DNA of 64,000 bases, from the NCBI GenBank assembly GCA_918797485.1, contig CAKKNE010000006.1:3038001-3102000 (forward strand). The letters are read 5' to 3'. This document shows positions 19,986 through 30,200 of the stretch, in pieces. Made by a program: the position numbers and the translations under genes. Within the stretch, counting starts at the first letter, position 1. The number at the start of each line of letters is the position of its first letter. The DNA comes from Pelagomonas calceolata (lineage: Eukaryota). A model generated the notes under the pieces. The model was given only the letters and a program-made list of their open reading frames with translations, made no database searches and was not told the origin of the DNA.

Positions 19986-21794
19986 ATGACCGCACTCGCA
20001 GTGATGGCATCTCTCCTCGCGACCACAAAGAGCCTAGACCTAGCAGGCCACCTGCGCGCACTAGGCGCCCCGCGGGCCGCACAACGCCTGGACGGCGGGC
20101 CACCTCCAGTAGCTCCAACGCCGTTCACAGTCGATGCGAGCAAAGTCCACCTGGTAGCCGACGCGGCAGCCGCAGCAGCCTTCAGTGCCGACGTCGGCAG
20201 CGCGTCGGCAATCGCACTGGACTGCGAGTGGCGCCCCGACGGCCCCGGCGAGGACCACGCGGTAGCACTCGCTCAGGTCGCAACGAAGAGCAATGTTTGG
20301 CTCGTTGATTTCGTAGACATCAGCGGGCCCGCGAGAATAACCGCGCTGGACGCGCTGACGAACGCCCTCCAGTCCCAACATACATCAATCGTCGCGTTCT
20401 CCATCGCCGCCGACGTGTCGAAGCTGTCGAGTGTGCTGCCTAACTTCGCCCAAGCGACGCGCGTCGTCGACCTCGCGACGTCGAGCGACGGCCTCGCGGC
20501 GGCCGTGCGCCGCTGGCTGCCTATGTATCACCTCGACAAGGCGCAGCAGCGTAGCGACTGGGCCCTGCGCCCGCTCTCGCCGGCCCAGGTCGCCTACGCG
20601 GCCGCCGACGCGGCCGTGCTGCTTCCTCTTTTGGATGCGATGCGGGCGGGCGGAGCCGCACCTTCTGAGCGCGACGTGGCGCCGGCGCCGCGGACCTCGA
20701 CTGATAGCGACGCGGCCGAGCCGGATGATGACGGCGCGCTGGCCGTCGCGCGGGCGGTAGTCGCTCGCACGCCGGGCTGTAGCATTGTCGCCGCGGATGC
20801 CATGCCGGCGGACGCCGTTGAGGTCAATGCCCTGGCGGTCGAGGCCGGTGATAGGAAGCTCCTCGTCGTCGCCGAGGCGGGAAAGCGGCTCGATCTGAAA
20901 TGGCTCGCGCTCGCGCTGGACACGCCGCGGCGGCGCGTGCGGCTCTCCTCGCGCTGCGTCGAGGCCTTTGGCGTGGCTCCCCACCGCGTGCCTCCCATCG
21001 CCCTGCGAGACGACGTGTCCGTCGTCGCGACGCCGGCGCTCCTGGCCTCGACGCGCCCGCTCTGGGGCTCGGCGGGCGGCGACGGCTACCGAGTCGTCTT
21101 CGAGGACGGCGCGGCGCTGGCGCGCGTCGCGTCACCTCTTCCTGACCCGGCGCTCTACTACGCGACGCTAGATGAGGCGCTCGACGCGTACGGCGGCGGA
21201 AACGCGCCGACGACGTCATCCGGAGCGGTCCGGCTGGCCGCCGGCGCGACGGGCCGCCGCGTCATGCTTGACGCTTCATTGGTGGCCTGTGCGCGGCGGC
21301 TGCGCATGATCGGCGTGGATTGCGCGGTCGCCGGTGAGGTCCTGCGAAAGGAAGCGACGCCGCGGCGGCCGCTCGACGGTTGCGACCGGGTTCACGTGAT
21401 CGCGTCTAAGGTCGACACTGATTTACGACGCGCGGCGCTCGAGGGTCGGCTCGTCGTCGTGGCGTCGTCGCGGAAGCGCGCGCCCGGAGCTTGCTACGTG
21501 GTTCGCGGCACGACGCCGGATCAGCAGTTCGATGAATTGCTCGACGTCCTCGGCGAGCGCGGCGCGGTGGCGACGTGGGGCTCGCGGTGCGGCATCTGCA
21601 ACGGCTGCGACTGGCACACCCTGGCGCCGGAGGCAGTCGTCGGCGAGGCGCCGCAGGGCGTCCTGGCGGACGCTACGGAGTTCTACCGGTGCGGCGTCTG
21701 CGGGCAGTTGTTCTGGCCGGGCGCCAAGTACGAGGACACGATGGCGACGCTGCGCGGGCTCGCGCTGACGAAGGCGGTGTCTTCTGTTTCCTAG
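19986..21794 (+). CDS. MUT-7/EXD3-like protein: DEDD 3'-5' exonuclease + YbaK-like domain + Mut7-C (PIN/Zn ribbon)
   Basis: ALDCEW, SDWALRPLSPAQVAYAAADA; VNALAV...LLVVAE...FGVAPHRVPPI; ARRLRMIGVD; RCGICNG...CGVCGQLFWPG. Confidence 0.8.
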   Translation: MTALAVMASLLATTKSLDLAGHLRALGAPRAAQRLDGGPPPVAPTPFTVDASKVHLVADAAAAAAFSADVGSASAIALDCEWRPDGPGEDHAVALAQVATKSNVWLVDFVDISGPARITALDALTNALQSQHTSIVAFSIAADVSKLSSVLPNFAQATRVVDLATSSDGLAAAVRRWLPMYHLDKAQQRSDWALRPLSPAQVAYAAADAAVLLPLLDAMRAGGAAPSERDVAPAPRTSTDSDAAEPDDDGALAVARAVVARTPGCSIVAADAMPADAVEVNALAVEAGDRKLLVVAEAGKRLDLKWLALALDTPRRRVRLSSRCVEAFGVAPHRVPPIALRDDVSVVATPALLASTRPLWGSAGGDGYRVVFEDGAALARVASPLPDPALYYATLDEALDAYGGGNAPTTSSGAVRLAAGATGRRVMLDASLVACARRLRMIGVDCAVAGEVLRKEATPRRPLDGCDRVHVIASKVDTDLRRAALEGRLVVVASSRKRAPGACYVVRGTTPDQQFDELLDVLGERGAVATWGSRCGICNGCDWHTLAPEAVVGEAPQGVLADATEFYRCGVCGQLFWPGAKYEDTMATLRGLALTKAVSSVS

Positions 21795-21912
21795 GTTGTT
21801 GTGGTTGTAAGTAAGCTTTACTGGCATAAGTTACGTGCGTAGACGAGCAAGAGATTCGATGATAGTAGAGGACGATGAGAATGATGACGAACCCGATATT
21901 GAAGAGCTAGGT

Positions 21913-23262
21913 TCAGCGCTCCATGGCCGCCGCCGCCGCGGGCGCGCCGTACTTTTCCTTGGCCGCGCGGAGCGTGTTTCTTAAGTCGTCCGGCGAGCGA
22001 GCAAGCGCGAGAAGCTCGATGCTCCCCGTCGGTATGAAATGACTGTTCTCTTCACTTTCTATAAGGGTCTCGTGTTTGCTGAAGATGGTCGCTCGATACA
22101 GGCCCTCCGCGTCGGGCTGGATGCAGACGTACATGCAGCAACCCCCGGGGATACAACAGCCGCAATGCAGCCCGACGACCAGGGCGTCGAAAGCGGAATC
22201 CCCCGCGGAACCCCCCATATCACAAAAGTCGCCCTTTCGTGTCGGGACGCACCTGCCGCCGCCGTAGGTGTGGATCCGAACGTTCTTGTCGACGTCGAAG
22301 CCGTCCCAGGCGATCGCGTTGACGCCGTTCTGATGTTTCTGTTCATTGACCCTCCAGTACGGCTGGACGCCAGCCTCTCCTTCTAAGTCCCCACATCCTA
22401 TGCAGCAACAGTTGCACCCACCCCCGGGCGAGTCGGGCCCGAAGTTCCGACGGCCGACGATGCCTTTGTCGGTCAGGATCAGCGCAGCATCACCCCACGG
22501 GGGAAATTCCATGTCCCTGTGTTTGCTGCGGAGCATATTATAGAGAAAAGCGCTCAGGAAAATGGGGGAAAACGCCAGCATGTGAATCGTCCAAGGGAAC
22601 ACGCAGCACATGTACTCCGGGCATTGAGCGCAGTTCTCCATCTCGCCTCTGCGCAGGGTGCCGGGTACCCCATGGCAAACATGCGTGCGCGCTTTTGTGG
22701 CGTTCGCGGCGTCGAAGAGCGTGCGATCGACGCCGAACGCGTCGATCACCGGGTCCGCCGCGCCGACCGGTGTAGTGAAGCCGTCGGGGCCCACGTACAC
22801 GGCGCCGAGCCCCGAGAAGAGGAGCGCGTGGCTTCGCGTCATGTCGCTCAGGGGACCCGGCACCGCAGACTGCTCCTTCCTTGCCCGCGCCACCAGGTTG
22901 GCCCCGGCTCCAGAGTCCTCACCTGCCAATATACCGTCCACCGAAACTAAATGGAAGCCTCGCGGGTCCGTCACTTTCCCTGGGCTCAGGGCCACATGAT
23001 CGTGTTCCTTAACTAAGTGGAACCCTCGCGGTATTTGCGCGACGAGCGGCGAGCCCGCGGCCACCTCGAACGTCTTTTCGCGGCCTTGGTTGACCGTGAG
23101 GCCGCAGTCGCCGGGCGGGAGCTCGAGGACCGCCTCGTTGAAGCCCAGCAGGGACCCGACGGTCGGTCCGCTAGCTTCGGAAGAGAACTCCGTAACGATG
23201 GTGCCCTCGACTACCGGCTCCCCAGTGGATTCGGGCAGCATCTCGCCCGTGAGCGGCTCCAT
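21913..23262 (-). CDS. Cys-rich membrane hypothetical protein
   Basis: long ORF with TM segment WTIHMLAFSPIFLSAFLY and CC clusters. Confidence 0.6.
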   Translation of the reverse strand: MEPLTGEMLPESTGEPVVEGTIVTEFSSEASGPTVGSLLGFNEAVLELPPGDCGLTVNQGREKTFEVAAGSPLVAQIPRGFHLVKEHDHVALSPGKVTDPRGFHLVSVDGILAGEDSGAGANLVARARKEQSAVPGPLSDMTRSHALLFSGLGAVYVGPDGFTTPVGAADPVIDAFGVDRTLFDAANATKARTHVCHGVPGTLRRGEMENCAQCPEYMCCVFPWTIHMLAFSPIFLSAFLYNMLRSKHRDMEFPPWGDAALILTDKGIVGRRNFGPDSPGGGCNCCCIGCGDLEGEAGVQPYWRVNEQKHQNGVNAIAWDGFDVDKNVRIHTYGGGRCVPTRKGDFCDMGGSAGDSAFDALVVGLHCGCCIPGGCCMYVCIQPDAEGLYRATIFSKHETLIESEENSHFIPTGSIELLALARSPDDLRNTLRAAKEKYGAPAAAAAMER

Positions 23263-23402
23263 CAAATCGTTCAGGCAGCCTGCCTGCGGTGCCTCGGCAA
23301 GGCACAAGGAGCTATGCAAACACCGCGACTCGGTCCAGCCGCGGTGTGGGGCAGCCAAAAAGAGTCGCCTCGCGCTGCCTGCGTGCTTCAGGGCTGGAGT
23401 TT

Positions 23403-23424
23403 CTAGTGCCTTACATGCCGCTGG
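23403..23424 (-). promoter_or_regulatory. CTAG-bounded intergenic motif copy
   Basis: ctagtgccttacatgccgctgg between divergent genes. Confidence 0.6.
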
Positions 23425-23559
23425 CAGACCAGCTTTAATTTTTCAGCTGGCACGAGCCGAGGTGACCCGGCGGAGATTGCGCGCCGGCACGGGCCGGCCG
23501 CACCGCGCACGATCGTCCCGGCACTATAGAGTGGCCGGGCAGCCCGGGACGGCTGCGCG

Positions 23560-24639
23560 ATGGCCGCCAGTCTCACCACAAGACCAAGGCCACCCGTTCG
23601 ATGGCTGGCGGCGCTGCTCGCCCTCGCACATGTTAAAGCCGACTGCGCCTCCTGTTTTGTAGAGCCGGTCCACGCCGGCGCCACCAGCGCAGCATTGATC
23701 GTAGGCGACGCCATCACGGACAGTTTTTATCCCGAGGTCGACGCTCTGTTGGATGACACGCCGCCGGACGCGGCCCAGTGCACGGCCGCCGAGGGCGGCG
23801 CGGGGGTGGTCACGACGCGCCGCGGGTCGCTGACCGCCACTACATTATTACGACCGTGCGCTTCTGATCTACTTAATTGCGTCGACAGCGCGCTGAGCAC
23901 GTTCCCGAACGCGTCGTCCGTAGTCAAGGTGGTGCACTTCAACTGGGGCTGGGAGCAGTTCGAGGACTATTCCATAAATCTGGCGAACTACGAGGCCGAG
24001 ATCGGGGACCTCTACGCGAAGCTGCAAACCGCGTTCCCTTCAGCCATATTCGTCTGGGCCACCACAACACCCATCAAGGGCGACGCTAGTATTGAGGCGA
24101 TGAACGAGAGAGCGTTGGCCGCGCTGCCGAGCGACGTCAAAGTCCACGACCTCCACGCGTCCATCCTAGACTACTGCGAAAAGGAAGGATCGGAAACGTG
24201 TTCGCTCCACGAGCCCGCGGGACCCTTGACGCCGTCGGGACGGCGCTACGCCGCCGTCGCCGTCTCATCATACATCGCCAAACTCATTCCCGGCGTCGCG
24301 ACCGAGGGCCTCCGCCACAGCACGCAGGAGGGCGACGCGACGCGATTTCGACCCTGGGAGACCGCTATGATGATTCAAGGGCTCTGCGTCATGTGTCTTG
24401 GCATCCTGGTCTCGTGTGCCTTCGCTTATTTATGGTACTTCGAGCGCAGCGACGCGGTGACCAATAGCTGGCGGCGCGACGACGACGAGGCCATGCCGCC
24501 GCCCGTCGAGATCGCCTCGGTCCAGATGTCGGCGCTGGGCACGATGGCCTCGACGCCGCCGGCGACGCCGCCGCGCCAACCGCTGCAACGGACGCCCTCG
24601 CCGGCCGCGCCCATGCGCACGCCCGACTCCATGCTCTGA
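23560..24639 (+). CDS. SGNH-hydrolase-like type I membrane protein, catalytic residues apparently altered
   Basis: LIVGDAIT (cf. GDS), VVHFNWG, VWATTTP, VHDLH; C-terminal TM. Confidence 0.65.
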   Translation: MAASLTTRPRPPVRWLAALLALAHVKADCASCFVEPVHAGATSAALIVGDAITDSFYPEVDALLDDTPPDAAQCTAAEGGAGVVTTRRGSLTATTLLRPCASDLLNCVDSALSTFPNASSVVKVVHFNWGWEQFEDYSINLANYEAEIGDLYAKLQTAFPSAIFVWATTTPIKGDASIEAMNERALAALPSDVKVHDLHASILDYCEKEGSETCSLHEPAGPLTPSGRRYAAVAVSSYIAKLIPGVATEGLRHSTQEGDATRFRPWETAMMIQGLCVMCLGILVSCAFAYLWYFERSDAVTNSWRRDDDEAMPPPVEIASVQMSALGTMASTPPATPPRQPLQRTPSPAAPMRTPDSML

Positions 24640-24682
24640 TCTGGTAACGTTGTGTTTTTCGAAACAGCAATACTTAGCAAAT

Positions 24683-25021
24683 CTACGCCTTGATGTCGAG
24701 CTTGTCCATCTTCGTGAAGCGCTTCTGCGCCGAGTACTCGAGCGCGAGCGTGCGCTTCATCTTCCCAGCCTTCTCGAGCGACGGGCCGAGCTTGGCGATG
24801 GCGCCGCCGCCGACGATGGCCGCGATGCCCGCGAGCGGCAATAAGCCGAGCGCGACGCCCTCGACCTCCTCGACGAAGCTCACGTCGGCGAGCGCGGCGG
24901 CCGGCGCGAGCGCGGCGGCGGCGGCGGCGACGGCGGGCGCGACCTTGATTTGTGGGCGCGTTTTCGGCGCGGAGAGCGCCGCGGCGCCCGCGACGAGCGC
25001 GAGGAGGACCCTTCGCAGCAT
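24683..25021 (-). CDS. small plastid/thylakoid single-TM protein
   Basis: signal peptide, second hydrophobic segment ending ALA, then one TM and a basic tail. Confidence 0.6.
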   Translation of the reverse strand: MLRRVLLALVAGAAALSAPKTRPQIKVAPAVAAAAAALAPAAALADVSFVEEVEGVALGLLPLAGIAAIVGGGAIAKLGPSLEKAGKMKRTLALEYSAQKRFTKMDKLDIKA

Positions 25022-25416
25022 CTTTTTTTTTACCTGTGTGGCACAAGAGGTGCTATTCGTGCGCGTGTCGACCTCGACGCGGCGTCGAGTTGTCTCGGTG
25101 CGATTCCTGAGGCCGCTGCGCAGTGCCGGGCCGGCGGTAGCGCGTCTCGGCGCTCCCACAAACGATCGCGAGGCACCATAGCGCTTGGCCGCAGCCTTTT
25201 AGCCCGGCTTATGCAGCAGATGCATGAAGCTCGGTTATTAGGGCTCGCCAGCAGCTGAAATTCTCGCTGTGACCTCTCAGCGCATACATGTGACTTAAGA
25301 AGTGCCGTCCGTGTCAAGAAAGTTTGCAAATGCTCCGTTTTATACCGCTTTTAGCCCTGTTGACGCAAGAGGCCGCTTCCTAGTGGTCGTACACCGCTAG
25401 CTACGATGTTGATTGA

Positions 25417-25518
25417 GAGCTAGTGGCAGCCAGGCTCGCTCCTAGGGGCGGTCTGGAGCGACTTCACAGGGTAGTGTCAGTCACCCTAGGGCCTGGACCT
25501 AGGTATGCTGGACCGGTG
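25417..25518 (+). repeat. diverged direct repeat, left copy (pairs with 32309-32397)
   Basis: ggcagccaggctcgc...ggagcga.ttcacagg.tagt...ctagggcc...aggtatg..ggaccggtg shared. Confidence 0.75.
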
Positions 25519-26807
25519 GGCTAGGCCCAGGGCTGCCGGACGGGAAGAGTCTGTCCCCTAAAAGTACGACGCCTGGAAGGGCCCCTCCGACGATCCGACG
25601 AGGTCCCCAAAAAAATATATCGCGCGCCGCGCGCCGCCCACTAATTCTAGGACCGTGACAATATTCATCACGGGTGGGGGACCCCGCGACGTAACTAGCC
25701 TGAGCCTGAGGTCGAGGACAACTCGCCTACGGACCCGCCCTCTTGCACCCAGAGGGAGGGAGTGAGGAGTCTATTTACAAAGCCACTGCCGCGCCCACGC
25801 TTCGCGTCGTCGCCCGCGCCCCGCGCCGGGCCGACGGGTTGTCGCGCAGGTTGTGCGGCTTCAGCGCGCCGCCCGTGCCGGCCGACGCGTCGGCGTTGGG
25901 CGTGTTCAAAGCGCTGAGCGCCGGCCAGTCAAACGGCGTCGTCCGCACCTTCTCGAACACGAAGTCGGGGTAGCCACCGACGCAAGCCCCGCCGTGAGGT
26001 CGGCTCCGGCGTCGCTTCGACGAGCACATGCACCGCTTTTCGTGCGTTGGCACGGCGTAGGCGTAGGCGTGGACTCGGCCCCGGCGTCAGCGCGGTCTGG
26101 CATCGGTCAAAGTGTCGGTCCAGGCCTAGGGATTCCGTGTAGGCGTAGGCGCAGGCGAGGGCGACATGGGCAAAGGCGAGGGCGTCGATTTCAGGCGCAG
26201 GTCCCGGCCAGACCAAGGGTTCGTGCAGAAATCACAATGTGTCAGGTGGGGCAGTTTTCAGCCCTTCTCACGCGACGCGCGCAGCTACACGACTCCATGG
26301 GCAACCTACGGGTCCACGGCGTCCTCGGCTACGGCAGCAAGCATGCCTTGTGGCTCTGGTCCGCGCCGTCGCCGACGTTCGAGCAAATGATGCATGGGCC
26401 CTCGTCGGCGCCCGAGGCTGTCCGGCGCGTCCGCCACGGTGGCTGGCGACGTAGGGAGGCAGTCGGAGGACTCGCGCCGGCCTCCTCTGGCTCCTGGCTT
26501 GTGCTGTAGCAAAACGGCGGCATTCGAGAGCATGAAGGATGAACCCAATCGACGCCCGAGGATGCGTAGCTCGTCCGCCGCGGTGGAGCGGACGTCTGCC
26601 GGTTGGCGCGGTGATCGATGGGCTCCGACGCCGGCGCCGGCCGCCGCAGATTGCGGCAAATCGCTGTAATCTCGCTTGACAGCTCTCCCAAAAACCCGGC
26701 AAAGATATGAAAACGCTCCGCTCAGATTCCCGCGCTGCGGCTGCAGTATAAGCGCAGCCAAGGCAGCTGTTTGAAGACAAACCAAGGTGTGAAACCCGCG
26801 TCGAAAT

Positions 26808-26828
26808 CTAGAGTCTTACCGCCGCTAG
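26808..26828 (-). promoter_or_regulatory. CTAG-bounded motif copy upstream of the giant ORF
   Basis: ctagagtcttaccgccgctag. Confidence 0.6.
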
Positions 26829-27290
26829 CTTTACGCCCGGTAGAAAGTTCGGGTCTGATCAAACGCCCTTGCGGCCAACACACGCGCTGCGACTCGTAAA
26901 GTGGCCTCGGATCTGGTGCTGACTGCCTATTAGTAGGGCGCAAGCCTTATGGCGTGCCGGCGCGTGGCCTCGCGGCCCCGCGCTGCGCCCAAATGTCCAT
27001 CACCACCATCACTCTGGCCGAGCGTTTTGTGCGCGCTGGCTCTTGCGGCAACCGCTTCGCAGCGATGCCGCAGTCCCGCCACGCACGCTTCGCCGGTGCG
27101 CGCCTCGCAGCTCCTCGGCCGGCCGTCGCCGGAGAATACGAGCGCCGCCGCGAGCGCCGACACTTTTTTTTGTTTCAAGGCATCATCATCAACGACATCG
27201 CGCCGACCTCGTGCTCGCCGACGCCGAGGCTCTTCGTGCTCACGCCGTTCTTCTACTGCTGGAGACGCGCGCGCCGACGCCTGCGGCGCC

Positions 27291-30200
27291 ATGACGCTCA
27301 AGGATATCAAAAAGCAGCTCCTCACTTTGTGCACGGTCCAGGCCGTCAATCTTCACGGAGGTCGCTTCGCGAAGTGCGTGGAGAAGTGTGTCAAGAAATT
27401 GTTTAGCCTCAATAAACGCTTAGACGTCGTCAAGTTCGACAGGAGCATTTGGAGCTACTACTTCCACGGAAGAACGGACTGGGAGCTCCGTGGTGTCGCC
27501 CGAGCATTGCGTTCGCTCGGCGTCTACACCGTGACGCTCATAGACGGCTTTGGTCAAACCATAGTGAAAGTGCGCCACACGGGCAAGTTCGTGAGGTTCC
27601 GCGTGAACCCGCTCTGTATCTGCTGCGCGTGGCTCGGCCGCAACCACGCCGCGGTCCTCGCCCTGGGACTCTACGTGCCGGACGATTTGTACGATTTGGC
27701 GGCGCGCGTCCGCGAGGACGCCGCTTTAGTCGCTTCGCAGTCCAAGCCGCAGGAGGCCGACTACGAGGCGTACAAGAACGCCGGTTTCTGCGTTGTAAGG
27801 GAGGGCGACGTCGGAGCTCTCCTCGACGCCGTGCAGCAGAAACTAGGTTCGGGCACCGTTCTGGCTGGCGTAGGCGACGCCGACGCCGCTGGTAGCCTGA
27901 TGGAGTTGTTACTACCCGACCTGGACGTGGCGGACCTCACGAACGACGGCGACGCCGGGCTCGTCAACTCGTACATCACGCACGAGCGAAATCTGGGGCG
28001 GTTCGCCGTGTACGACACGCGCTTCGAGGACGACCAGCGGAGGAAGATGCTCTGGACGGCGCTCAACTTGTGCGGCGAGGGCGACTGCATGGTCCGCGAC
28101 GTCCTCAGCAGGACGACTCAACGCGACTCGGTTCGCTTCACGGCGATCTCGGGCCGCATCGACTCGGGCCGCATCACGACCCTCGACCAGCTGTTCGCCG
28201 AGGTCGGCGCGAGCCGCGACCAGCGCCTGCACGTCATCTACGCGCTGACGACCTACGTCAACGGCGTGTGGTGCGTCGACGGCACCCCCAAGCCGTTGCG
28301 GATCCTCGCCACGGCCGAGCAGTACGCGCGGTCGTCGCTGACGCGGAACCGCGTGGCGGTGCGGCGCGCCGTCCTCGCTAGCAGCGCCGATTCCAAGCTC
28401 GTCGAGGCGGTGTTCGAAGCCGCCTTCAGCACGGCGCGCGGCTACTACGGCGTCAAGGACGTCGCCGCGGCGCTCATGGAAATCTCGCAAGGTGCGACGA
28501 AGGTGCATGTGCTCGATCGCCGCGAGGCGGTGCTCAAGGACGTCGATGAGGCGTTCGATGATGCGACGGCCGTTTTAGCTACGAGCGCTTTGGCGGAGAA
28601 CTTCGGCGAGGCGGAGCTCCAGGGGTTGCTGGCCGAGGTCTACAAAGACAAGGCCTGGCTGGCGCTGACAAATGATAGTGTGTTCTTCCCGCCGTCCCGC
28701 GAGGAGGTCGACTGCCGGGGGGCGGAGGTAGCCTTCGCCGCCCTGAAGAAAAAAGCTGATGACGTGAAATCGCGCCTGGAGCTCTTCTACCGCCTGATAT
28801 CACGTGCAGAGCAGGCTGTGTCGCACGCCGGCGAGGCTTCGCGGCGGGCCATCGACGCTCTAGACAGATTGGCTGCCGGCTCCTCCGTCCTGGACGCCGC
28901 CATCGCGGCTGCTACGAGCCACATCGACTCCATTGATGCGGCGGTGGTGGGTCGCGCGGCGTCGGCCTTTAATTTAGCTGTGGAAGCGTGGAAGCAGAAC
29001 AACGTCGAGGGCGTCACGGCGCAGATCGATGCCTTGAAAGCGGCGGTGGATCCCGCGCTTGTCATGGGATTGCAGGGGTGCGCCGTCCGGTTGCACTCTG
29101 CGGTGGTAGATGCGACGTGGGCGTCGCAGCAACGTGTGCCGGAGGTTACGCGCTCCACCCTCGAAGCGCTCTCTGCGCATGGTTCATTATCGGCTTCGTT
29201 AAGGGACCACCTCAAGACATTCTTCGACCAGTGCGCCGCCGAGACGGACCTGGACCGCTTCCTGGGCGTGTTGAATGAAGAGCTCGCCGGCGGTCTGCGG
29301 TGGGGTACGCTACACGCCATCGAGCGAGCGGCCGGCGTGGCGTCCACAGCATTAGGTCGCGCGTCCAGTGTACGGCGCATCGTCGACGGCGTGATCGACC
29401 GGGTTAGGTATTTCGAGAAGTCGTGTTTTGGCGGTCCCACTGCTTATGTTGCACTGCAGACCCTCCTAGGCTCTGGCGACGCCGCCACGGAAGGGTCGCT
29501 GGAGCAACTCATCGTCGAGGACCTAGACACGCTCTCACATGCTTTGGTGCCCATTGTACAGCAGGCCTTGCTCGCCGACGAGCCGTCGGTAGACGAAGTG
29601 CTAGAGACTTTTGATAGAACGGTTGCGGATGTTTGGAGAAAGCTAGGCGCCGCTGACACGCCGTCTGCACGCCGGCGTGCTCTAGTGAGCAGAGTGGCAG
29701 ACATCGCGAGGCGGCCCTATGTAGCCGGAGAAACCGTGCGGCGCCACACCGACGCGTTACGCGCGGCTTTGAGTGGCGATGCTACCGCCCAAGCTACCCT
29801 CGCGTCGGTTGATGCACGATGCGGTACTGCTACTGATGCGGCGTCTGTCGAGCTCCGGGGGCGCCTCGTCGCCGCGCTGGGCGCGCTGGCCGGCGGCGCT
29901 GACGCCGTCGAGTCGCGGCTCGCCGCCGCGGAGGCGGCGGCAGACCGGGCGTGTCGGGACGTGTGGGCGCTCGTCGCTCGGCTTGCTCGCGTGGCGGACA
30001 TCGCGGCGCTGCCCGGCGCCGCTCGGGAAGCCGCGCTGCGCTACGCCGACGCGTTACGCGCGACTTTGAGTGGCGATGCGGGCGCTGAAGCCCTCCTCGT
30101 GTCGGTTGTTGGACGATGCGGTGCTGCTACTGATGCGGCGTCCGACGAGCTCCGAGGGGCCCTCGTCGCCGCGCTGGACGCGTTGGCTCGCGGCGCGGAT

